A stretch of DNA of 20,273 nucleotides, taken from an uncultured virus (IMG/VR IMGVR_UViG_2061766007_000307) (lineage: Duplodnaviria > Heunggongvirae > Uroviricota > Caudoviricetes). Both the position numbers and the translations under genes were made by a program. Where the stretch lies: IMG/VR virus record IMGVR_UViG_2061766007_000307. One strand, given 5' to 3'. Positions 8,713 through 16,452 of the stretch are shown here, one piece after another. The notes beneath the pieces were generated by a model that was not told where the DNA came from, ran no database searches, and saw nothing but the letters and a program-made list of their open reading frames with translations. Positions within the stretch are counted from its first letter, which is position 1; each line of letters starts with the position of its first letter.

Positions 8713-9288
8713 TCTGGTATCGTGTATGGATCTTCCATCATTATGAACCTTGCTAAAGCCCAGCTGAAGGATTCGACTGAAGTGGTCGGACAGCGAGTGA
8801 TAGCAAAAGCACAGAAGAACCGTTTTTGCAAACCTACTCCTTGTGAGTTCGAGATTCGCTTCGATTCTCCTCTGAACCCTTATAAGGGACTGCAGGACTA
8901 TGTCAATTGGGATTCATGCGGTGTAGGCAGAGGTAAGTTCATCGAAGAAAAAGATTATCTCAAGCTCTCAGCAGCTGCTCAAGACACATGCCGTCTATGC
9001 AGTGCCAATAACAAGTACTACATGCCTAACAACGGACGTACAGTCTGTAAAGATGACGGAACCGAGCTTCCTATCGACGATTTCTTCACGTCAAAAGTTT
9101 TCACAAGAGATGTTCTTGAAAGACTCGACAAGGTCGTGTCACCTATGTACACATATGGTAAGAGTGAGGAAATGGGATTGGCTGAACTTGACAACGAAGT
9201 AGATGACTCTGTTGAGGCTCAAAATGAGATCAAGGCAGAAATGGACAATCTGTACAACGATTTCCCTTTAGATGAAACTGAGGATTGA
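8602..9288 (+). CDS. uvsX: Split-intein C-fragment fused to the RecA/UvsX recombinase C-terminal part
   Basis: Residues 1-37 are intein blocks F/G ending in HN. The extein SGIVYGSSIIMNLAKAQLKD...KAQKNRF...EIRFDSPLNPYKGL matches the UvsX region after the L2 GG motif. No Walker A or B. Confidence 0.88.
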   Translation: MKTKKIISVESVGEREVFDICTAENVYITANGLINHNSGIVYGSSIIMNLAKAQLKDSTEVVGQRVIAKAQKNRFCKPTPCEFEIRFDSPLNPYKGLQDYVNWDSCGVGRGKFIEEKDYLKLSAAAQDTCRLCSANNKYYMPNNGRTVCKDDGTELPIDDFFTSKVFTRDVLERLDKVVSPMYTYGKSEEMGLAELDNEVDDSVEAQNEIKAEMDNLYNDFPLDETED

Positions 9289-9303
9289 TCCTCTCGTGTA
9301 AAT

Positions 9304-9335
9304 ATAGTGTTGATCAAAAAGATCAACACTATTTT
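9304..9335 (+). terminator. Intrinsic terminator-like hairpin after IntC-uvsX
   Basis: Perfect 12-bp stem ATAGTGTTGATC-AAAAA-GATCAACACTAT followed by TTTG. Confidence 0.7.
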
Positions 9336-9360
9336 GTGTTTAATTTAATTATTTTCTTTA

Positions 9361-10392
9361 ATGAAACAGAAATTTTCAAATTTTGAGATCGAAGTCCCTA
9401 AAGGCGTCAAGATCCTCAACCCATGCAAGACAAAAGAAGCTACTCTTGCACTGATGAATATCTACATGCGTACAGCAAATGCTGAAGATATTGAAATCTA
9501 CAAAGCAGCAGAAGGTAATGGCAATGTTTTCCGTAATGAAGATGGAAATGTAGTATTGATCAGACAATCATCATTAGTCGAAAGCAATTATTCAGACATT
9601 GTGAAAGATGATTCTTTCAACGACGACTATTCTATCTGGGGCCACACTAAAGGCCAGAAAGGAGCACGCCAGAAAGTCATGCACAACACAATCTACACAA
9701 TCTTTTCAACACTCAAGAACAACACTCCTCTAAAAGCTGTAGTGACACGACAGGACATCGAGAACAACAGAGTGTACATTGATCTTCCTCAGTTCGAACT
9801 CCGCAACGTAATGCTATCTAAGCCTATGTTCGATTACAGAGATGATATGATGACTATGTATCCTGTAGGCCGCGAGATGTATGTATTCGCAGAAGGAGAT
9901 GCTTCGGGAATCATAATTTCAGATCGTAATTTCATCCCTGATATCTTCACATCAATGCCTCTTCATACAACAGTGAAGTTTACTGTATATAAGACATGCC
10001 CTCATGGATGTATTTGTGAAGCTGAATACGATGGCATCAAGTGCCGCGCTTATGCTAGCGACATGGACAACACATTCAAGGCAGGCAATGTATTCTATGC
10101 TCCTATTGCTTTCAACAAGTCTGGCTTGACAGCTGCGTTGGGTGCAGATATCTGGAACACATACACTAAAATAGTAGAAAAGAACCCTGTACGACAGCTT
10201 ACTGTATATGCTGTTGCGTCTAAGGGATATAAGGTATATGAGACTATTGATGTGAATGGCGAGAGCAAGCGTATCACATTGTTCGTTCCTCAGAGAGTCG
10301 TAGAACCTGCAGTCCTTGAGGTCGGACAGACTGTGTCATTAGAGATCGCTGAGGTACGACCAGAAAATGAATTAGTAATCTTCAAAATCTGA
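9361..10392 (+). CDS. Divergent ribosomal protein S1-like multi-OB-fold protein
   Basis: Three S1-like repeats (AVVTRQD...VYIDL...PVGREMYV...IIISDR; FTVYKTCPHGCICE...ASDM...FKAGNVF; LTVYAVASKGYKV...LFVP...LEVGQTVSLEIAEVRPENELVIF). The linker LGADIW resembles S1 LGEDPW. Confidence 0.65.
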   Translation: MKQKFSNFEIEVPKGVKILNPCKTKEATLALMNIYMRTANAEDIEIYKAAEGNGNVFRNEDGNVVLIRQSSLVESNYSDIVKDDSFNDDYSIWGHTKGQKGARQKVMHNTIYTIFSTLKNNTPLKAVVTRQDIENNRVYIDLPQFELRNVMLSKPMFDYRDDMMTMYPVGREMYVFAEGDASGIIISDRNFIPDIFTSMPLHTTVKFTVYKTCPHGCICEAEYDGIKCRAYASDMDNTFKAGNVFYAPIAFNKSGLTAALGADIWNTYTKIVEKNPVRQLTVYAVASKGYKVYETIDVNGESKRITLFVPQRVVEPAVLEVGQTVSLEIAEVRPENELVIFKI

Positions 10393-10397
10393 TATCA

Positions 10398-11297
10398 ATG
10401 GCAAAGAAACTTGGTGTAACAGAATCTGATGCACTGGCTGTATTACAGCAGCGAAACGCTATGGCGTCAGATACTGAGAACGAAGCTCCATCAGCTCCAA
10501 TAGTGAATGGATGGACTTTAGTAGATTCAGTGGATCTTCCTACCAAAGGGAAATTTTATGGCGAAGTCTGGGTGAAGCCTTTTGACGTTCAGACTGTCCG
10601 TGAAGCATCCTCTATAGACCCTAACAATGCACTAGCAACATTGAAAGGCATGTGCAATATATTATCTAAATGCTGTTATATCATTGATCTGAAAGGCAAT
10701 AAGGTTCCAGGATCTAAATTGAAGAGAGCAGATGCTCTTCCTGTCCTTATGATCATCAGAGCCTTGACATATGTAGATGACTTTACTCTACCTCTTGCAC
10801 AGTCTGTAAAATGTAGTGTATGCGGTAAAGAAATCGAAAGTATCCAATGTGATGGTGCAGCAGTTCTTGAATGGCCTTCTAAATTAGATGAGATAGCAAC
10901 TATCAATGAAGATGGAGAAATCTTGTACGATAAATTCACATTCCATCTTCCTACAATCGAAGAAGTGTCGACATTCATATCTGTATTGCTATCAGATGAT
11001 CCAGCATATAAGCTTGACGAGACTACACGTAATGATGCGTCTTCTTTGCTATATATATGCAAAGAATCACAAAAGGTTCCGCAGATGCACAAAGCACTTA
11101 TACAGGCAAGTTCATCTATGTACAGCATGGATCTTAAAGATATTGCAAAATTCCGCAAGTTCGTCCAGTTCTTGGATAGAAGCATAGGAACAGAGCCTAC
11201 TATAGATACTGAATGTCCTCACTGCCATGAAATGATAAAGATTCCCTTTTCAGTGGGAATCGCTGACATTTGTCTTGCGACTGTTGAGGATTTCTGA
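10398..11297 (+). CDS. T4 gp26-like baseplate hub assembly protein
   Basis: DLPTKGKFY...VKPF, LMIIRALTY, two CxxC motifs (CSVC, CPHC), FHLPT and a terminal DF. Confidence 0.75.
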   Translation: MAKKLGVTESDALAVLQQRNAMASDTENEAPSAPIVNGWTLVDSVDLPTKGKFYGEVWVKPFDVQTVREASSIDPNNALATLKGMCNILSKCCYIIDLKGNKVPGSKLKRADALPVLMIIRALTYVDDFTLPLAQSVKCSVCGKEIESIQCDGAAVLEWPSKLDEIATINEDGEILYDKFTFHLPTIEEVSTFISVLLSDDPAYKLDETTRNDASSLLYICKESQKVPQMHKALIQASSSMYSMDLKDIAKFRKFVQFLDRSIGTEPTIDTECPHCHEMIKIPFSVGIADICLATVEDF

Positions 11298-11598
11298 TAT
11301 CGACGGTCTTGACAGGCTTATAATCATATGCATGAAAGATCTTCATCAGAGCTTCAGTGATATATTGTTATGGCCATATCCTGAATTCATGATGGTTATA
11401 GATCAGTACACTGATCTGATGAAAGAAAGAGCCAAAGCTGAAGACGAACGGAGCAAAGATCACGAAGCAGAGATGCATTCTAAAATGTCTTCGATGCAGC
11501 GTCAATATACTCCTCCAGGCTTGTCCAAATTGGCAAACATGTCAAATTTTCCAAGCATGTCAAACCTTCCGAATTTTTCGAATTTCAAATTCAGATAA
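11275..11598 (+). CDS. T4 gp51-like baseplate hub assembly protein (start uncertain)
   Basis: MKDLHQSFSDILLWPYPEFMMVIDQY resembles the gp51 core (M..H..S..EI..M.PWE...Y). It lies directly after the gp26-like gene. Confidence 0.65.
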   Translation: MRLLRISDIDGLDRLIIICMKDLHQSFSDILLWPYPEFMMVIDQYTDLMKERAKAEDERSKDHEAEMHSKMSSMQRQYTPPGLSKLANMSNFPSMSNLPNFSNFKFR

Positions 11599-11640
11599 AA
11601 TAAAAGAGCAAGAGAATCAACCCTTGCTCTTTTATTTTAT
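11595..11640. terminator. Bidirectional intrinsic terminator between convergent genes
   Basis: Perfect 18-bp inverted repeat ATAAAATAAAAGAGCAAG / CTTGCTCTTTTATTTTAT. Confidence 0.88.
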
Positions 11641-11658
11641 ATAACATATTTAATTTCA

Positions 11659-12216
11659 TCAGATACCCATCTTTTCCTCGTCAGCTAAGTTAGCACTTAC
11701 ATTAAGGACTAATTTAGCAGGCTCTGTACTAGAGAAATCTGCATCAGGAAGACCTGATATCTTCAATGGGACTATATCGATCAAATCTATAACTCTCCAA
11801 GGCGTTCCATCACGGTCACACTGCTCCACATGAGCCTCAGCTGCATAATCCACCTTCAGTCCATACTCACCAGTATCACGATTATATGACATATCGAACC
11901 AGTGACGGATTGTATTGTAGATATAGTTTTCATGAGCGTTGTTCAAGTTCAGCGTAAGCTCTATAGTAAGATCAAGCGTCGTCTGATCAGGAACACCAGC
12001 ATATGTACGATCATGCAGACCAGCCTTCTGTGTGATCTTGTTGACGCCAGGATTGACGCCTTCGAGACCTGTTATCTTATCAATATGCTCCTGAAGAAGC
12101 TCAAGATTCTCGCCTGTAGGCAAGAAAAGACTAGCACTATAGTAAGCACCAATAACAGGTTCGAATTTCTTTATTGATGCTGTGTAGTTTCTGTAATGGT
12201 GTCTACGCATTGCCAT
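11659..12216 (-). CDS. T4 gp19-like tail tube protein
   Basis: 185 aa with FEP, RTYAG, LTIELT, IRHWFD, TG.YGLK.DY, VEQCDRDG and P..IS...DF: the tail-tube pattern. Confidence 0.8.
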   Translation of the reverse strand: MAMRRHHYRNYTASIKKFEPVIGAYYSASLFLPTGENLELLQEHIDKITGLEGVNPGVNKITQKAGLHDRTYAGVPDQTTLDLTIELTLNLNNAHENYIYNTIRHWFDMSYNRDTGEYGLKVDYAAEAHVEQCDRDGTPWRVIDLIDIVPLKISGLPDADFSSTEPAKLVLNVSANLADEEKMGI

Positions 12217-12243
12217 ATTGTTATTCTAATTTCTGTATATTAT

Positions 12244-12250
12244 TATTTAC
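12244..12250 (-). promoter_or_regulatory. GTAAATA late-promoter-like motif
   Basis: 27 nt upstream of the tail tube ATG; the same motif and spacing occur at other genes. Confidence 0.65.
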
Positions 12251-12297
12251 ACTTGAAATAGAAATCCATACAACATAGATATCCCTTTTGGACATCA

Positions 12298-12312
12298 TGT
12301 GATTATATATTT
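12298..12312 (+). promoter_or_regulatory. TGTGATTATATATTT promoter motif
   Basis: Exact 15-nt match to 16394-16408, 27 nt before the ATG at 12340. Confidence 0.65.
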
Positions 12313-12339
12313 AGAGTTCATCACTTAAATTGTACTAAT

Positions 12340-13314
12340 ATGATAAAGTTGAAAGTGACACAACAGTTCAAAGATTACATCGCCAATGCATGTTCTTTAT
12401 ATAAGCAAGGGTGGGCACATGTCCAGAAGTTTGGTCTTTTGGACAATGAACATTTCTTGCATCTTATAGAAGAAAATGACATGGGCCCTGCCAGATGTCA
12501 TGCTGCGAATGTTATTGGGGGTGTGACTTTTGATGGGTGTCCAGATTCATTATCTAAATGGAAGAATGTCTTGAATGTTATAAAGAAATTATCATCTATG
12601 CAGGAGAGCCATGCTGATGAATCATACGAGCAGCCTGATAAAACAGACAAACAATCGAACCAGAGTATCTCTGATGAATTATCATCAGAGATAGCAGAAT
12701 TAAGAGAGAAAGTAGCTAGATTAGAGAACGATCTTTCTAAATATATATTCGCACTGAATGAACTTAGGGATATTGTATCTAATATGCAGAACCCACATCA
12801 TACAGATGAAGCTGCAGAAACAGATGATTTTGATGATTTCATGGAAACTTTAGGGCTCAGTGAGAACAAGCATTCTGAAGATGAACTAGAGGCTATGCGC
12901 AATGCTAGCATGCAGGATTTTGAACATATGGTCAGATATGGGACACCTGAATCTAGAGCTAGCAGTAAAGGTATAGTCGAGACTCATGCTATACATAGTG
13001 CAGCTAATAGTATGACTAAGGGTAATGATATATCTGCGGATCTAGAAACAACCACTTCTGTTGTTTACGATACAGAAAATCCTTGTGCTACCCGCAGGGA
13101 GGTTGAATTGCGAGAAGCAAAGCAAGCGGTTGCTAATATCAGAAAAGAAAAGGGTGCTCTAAATGAGCACCCTGATTCTGATGACGAACGAAAGCGCAGG
13201 TGGCTAGATGCTGTCCATAAAAGCAGGATTCAGCGTGGGTTAGGTGTGGATATAGGTGTCTTACAAAAAGATGGGTTCGATTGTGACGACCCTAATAACT
13301 CTATATTCACATAA
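12340..13314 (+). CDS. Hypothetical acidic protein with coiled coil
   Basis: Heptad segment LSSEIAELREKVARLENDLSKY and acidic, probably disordered stretches. Confidence 0.8.
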   Translation: MIKLKVTQQFKDYIANACSLYKQGWAHVQKFGLLDNEHFLHLIEENDMGPARCHAANVIGGVTFDGCPDSLSKWKNVLNVIKKLSSMQESHADESYEQPDKTDKQSNQSISDELSSEIAELREKVARLENDLSKYIFALNELRDIVSNMQNPHHTDEAAETDDFDDFMETLGLSENKHSEDELEAMRNASMQDFEHMVRYGTPESRASSKGIVETHAIHSAANSMTKGNDISADLETTTSVVYDTENPCATRREVELREAKQAVANIRKEKGALNEHPDSDDERKRRWLDAVHKSRIQRGLGVDIGVLQKDGFDCDDPNNSIFT

Positions 13315-13320
13315 GGATAG

Positions 13321-13608
13321 CTATCCCTCTGCGTCTTCATCTCTAGCGTCACCATCAGCATTGGCTTTTGGTGACGTTTTGGTGTTTGATGCATCTGTGA
13401 ATCTACGCTCAGCAACACCAAGTCCCAACAGACCAGCTCCTGTAAACAATATGCATTCGAGCAAAGAGCTTATTGATGGGAAAGTTGGATCTGTCAGGGC
13501 AATTATGATGATAACTATAGTCACAGAGACTACACAGAATGCTCCTGTGATTCTCTTTGAGGAGAGCCTTTTATTAGCTCCCGACATAATTTCCCTAATT
13601 GCACCCAT
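13321..13608 (-). CDS. Small two-TM membrane protein, holin candidate
   Basis: SSKR followed by two hydrophobic helices and a charged C-terminal tail; co-oriented with the virion genes. Confidence 0.6.
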   Translation of the reverse strand: MGAIREIMSGANKRLSSKRITGAFCVVSVTIVIIIIALTDPTFPSISSLLECILFTGAGLLGLGVAERRFTDASNTKTSPKANADGDARDEDAEG

Positions 13609-13609
13609 A

Positions 13610-16357
13610 TTAAATCAAACTGTCTATATTATCACTATTTACTACAGTCTTTTTAATCTCAGAAGATATCTCTTCATTATCATCAAGATATACAATATTT
13701 TTGACAATATAATAATCATGTCCTGTACTGCCTGATGATCTCTGTACTGCAAGTGCATTGTACTTGTTACATATGATCCTCCATGAATCTACAGAAGGAC
13801 TAAGCGCAACAGCCTTGCTTGTACTATCAGTGATAACACAGCCATCCGAAACACTATCTATTATAGCTTTTCCTTTACGTGTACCGTCACCTGTATAATA
13901 ATTCAAGACAACTAACGCACATCCTGTAATCTCATTGACAGAAGATCCTATATGACTGTCTAATAGAACAGCAGTCACATTACGTAGAGATACATTCTCA
14001 GAATTATACACCCATGAATTGAAAGCATGGATCGCTGTAGAATGATAAGTTTTCCATAATCTTATATTGTCACAGCTTGATACATCTATACGGGTACATG
14101 ATTTAGCCATGATATCAGTAGTATTGTGTATCGCAGCATCGCTCACTCCATATAGCAGCATCTTATTGCAGTCATGTGTGCATACGTTACGGCAGCTTGA
14201 TATATGGATGATCGGAAGCCTGAACAATGCATTGTTATGAGATGATACACTGATGTTATCATTGTCATCAATATCTATAGCTGCATATTCACTAGATGTT
14301 AGATATACCGGATTGATAGCAGAAACATTATTTATCGAACACCTTGAACCTGTTATAGTACTGCTTGTGATCCAATCGTCATAGTCACCACCTTTCAATG
14401 ACTGAGCAAAGACACCTGTAGACTTTTCGAAATCTGTAGACGTAGCTGATTTCTTGACAGCGCAGTGGATAAAGTCAAAGTCAGCAGATATGGATTTATA
14501 TTCTAGCAATGTGATATAGCCTTTCTTCAATCTGCTACCTTTTTCAACCTCATTCTCATCACGTGTGAGATAATATTCACCCCACGTAGACACTCTTCCA
14601 TTATTTGGTGTATTGAAGCTCATGTATACTCTGCGGTCAAAATGAGTCCTGTCTGACGGCTTCATGAAGATGCTGATCAAGATATCATTATTGATAGAAG
14701 TGAAATCGCTATCCTCTTCAGGAACGAAAGCATAATCTGTCAGATAGTACACTTTGTTGAGCGACAACGCACCTTTATCTCTAAGGTCTATAGCTTCGTC
14801 GTATGTCACAGGAACAATACTGTCTTCACCGAAAGTACCTTCATATTTAGGGTTGATACATCTAGACCAGAATTCACTCTGTGAAAGATCACCACCTTCA
14901 TCACTGCCATTATTAGATGATGTACATATGATCTCAAAGATAGGTCTAGAGCACTGTATATCTTCTTTAGTGAATGTCCCTACTATGCGGTCACCGACTT
15001 TCAGTATACATCCCTTGCCATTCCAATTGATGTCTGAGATCACAGGAAACTGGAAGCTCTGTCCTTGATGGAATCTATAATCCCTGATATTAGACAGATC
15101 TATTGCCAATATTATATCATTAGAAAGAGGTGTCGTGCTCTTAGAATATACAGGGAAAATGTTGGAATATGTCGTAGGCGTGAATCTGGTGACAGCCTCT
15201 TTCTTTGTGAACGAGCTTCCATCAGTGATATGATATCTCTGATTAGCATTATTGATCACATATGCGTCTCCAGAGGTGTTTATGTATATGCCTTGTCCAG
15301 ACTGTACAGGTATCTTCACCTGCAGAGATGGACCAGCTTCTCCATTTATGATAGACTGGAGCTGCCTGTTCAGATTAGCTATCATATTCAGAAGAGAATC
15401 CTTGTCTTCAATAGCAAGCATGTAATTATCAACATACTCAGACAATTTATCTAATTTTGAAGATAGCTCTGCAATTGTAGTGCCTGTATCGCATAATGCT
15501 TTGAGATTCTCTATATCGTCATGCATAGTGCTGAATGATTCTGACAGGTCCTTGTTCTGCGACATCACCATCTGCATGCGGGCAAGAGCATCTGTGAACA
15601 TATGCAGAGCAAATGAATTGGTCTTCTCATCTACCACAGTCTGGATAGCAGATGCTGCACCATTATTATCTGCATCTTCTACAAGACGAAGGTTGATGCG
15701 GAATCCGAATGAGTTTCCTGAATGCACTATAGAGCTGTCTTCTGAATAAGAGTATTTCTGAATAGGCTCAGCATCTTTTGACGGAACATAGATACCATAT
15801 AATGAATTGTAAGAGTTCTTGCCGTCAGTGATATTCACATATATAGCAATAGCATTGAATTGGAAATCGCGGCCGTCATAGCAATATTCCTTGAAGCTCT
15901 GAGGCAATCCGCTGTAGTGTGTGATGTCAAGATCTATTTCATTATGGTCATTCATAATGAAAGGCTTTGGTGGTGTACACGCTTGAGGATTACCGAATCT
16001 GTTAGGAAGATGGATATATACTTCAGTGAAATCAGCTTTAGAAGTGATCACATGATTCGTCATGTCTATTTCTCCTATTGATGTGATGTTGGCTGGGTAT
16101 ACCAAACCGTCGAAAGCGTCTCTTTCGGTTCTTGTCTGCATCACAATGGATTTGTCGCTGCCGATATATTCTGTCTCAGACTCTGTCATATTAGCTATGA
16201 CCTGCTTCAATGACTCAGTATCTATATCCAATGTAGCGAAATATCTGAATGTACAGCTATATTCGCTGCTGGCTATGCATCTAGATAAGATACGGACACC
16301 TGTAGGTGCAACGTACATTATACCGTTAGATGCAAATGTTATATCATTTTTCTGCAT
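13610..16357 (-). CDS. Large virion structural or tail-fibre-like protein
   Basis: Beta-rich N-domain, coiled coil, a TYDEAIDLRDKGAL...YYLTDY motif and C-terminal short beta-helix-like repeats (ISSCRNV, AKSCTRI, VSSCDNI, VYNSENV). Confidence 0.65.
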   Translation of the reverse strand: MQKNDITFASNGIMYVAPTGVRILSRCIASSEYSCTFRYFATLDIDTESLKQVIANMTESETEYIGSDKSIVMQTRTERDAFDGLVYPANITSIGEIDMTNHVITSKADFTEVYIHLPNRFGNPQACTPPKPFIMNDHNEIDLDITHYSGLPQSFKEYCYDGRDFQFNAIAIYVNITDGKNSYNSLYGIYVPSKDAEPIQKYSYSEDSSIVHSGNSFGFRINLRLVEDADNNGAASAIQTVVDEKTNSFALHMFTDALARMQMVMSQNKDLSESFSTMHDDIENLKALCDTGTTIAELSSKLDKLSEYVDNYMLAIEDKDSLLNMIANLNRQLQSIINGEAGPSLQVKIPVQSGQGIYINTSGDAYVINNANQRYHITDGSSFTKKEAVTRFTPTTYSNIFPVYSKSTTPLSNDIILAIDLSNIRDYRFHQGQSFQFPVISDINWNGKGCILKVGDRIVGTFTKEDIQCSRPIFEIICTSSNNGSDEGGDLSQSEFWSRCINPKYEGTFGEDSIVPVTYDEAIDLRDKGALSLNKVYYLTDYAFVPEEDSDFTSINNDILISIFMKPSDRTHFDRRVYMSFNTPNNGRVSTWGEYYLTRDENEVEKGSRLKKGYITLLEYKSISADFDFIHCAVKKSATSTDFEKSTGVFAQSLKGGDYDDWITSSTITGSRCSINNVSAINPVYLTSSEYAAIDIDDNDNISVSSHNNALFRLPIIHISSCRNVCTHDCNKMLLYGVSDAAIHNTTDIMAKSCTRIDVSSCDNIRLWKTYHSTAIHAFNSWVYNSENVSLRNVTAVLLDSHIGSSVNEITGCALVVLNYYTGDGTRKGKAIIDSVSDGCVITDSTSKAVALSPSVDSWRIICNKYNALAVQRSSGSTGHDYYIVKNIVYLDDNEEISSEIKKTVVNSDNIDSLI
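13636..13642 (-). promoter_or_regulatory. GTAAATA motif inside the 3' end of the upstream gene
   Basis: 27 nt upstream of the holin-candidate ATG at 13608. Confidence 0.5.
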
Positions 16358-16383
16358 ATTATACGATATCTATAGTATTACAT

Positions 16384-16390
16384 TATTTAC
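16384..16390 (-). promoter_or_regulatory. GTAAATA late-promoter-like motif
   Basis: 26 nt upstream of the ATG at 16357. Confidence 0.65.
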
Positions 16391-16393
16391 TTG

Positions 16394-16408
16394 TGTGATT
16401 ATATATTT
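16394..16408 (+). promoter_or_regulatory. TGTGATTATATATTT promoter motif
   Basis: Exact match to 12298-12312, upstream of the mazG-like gene and back-to-back with the divergent GTAAATA. Confidence 0.65.
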
Positions 16409-16452
16409 CGAAACCTACGTTTCGATGACAGACTTAAATTAAATTTCAATAT

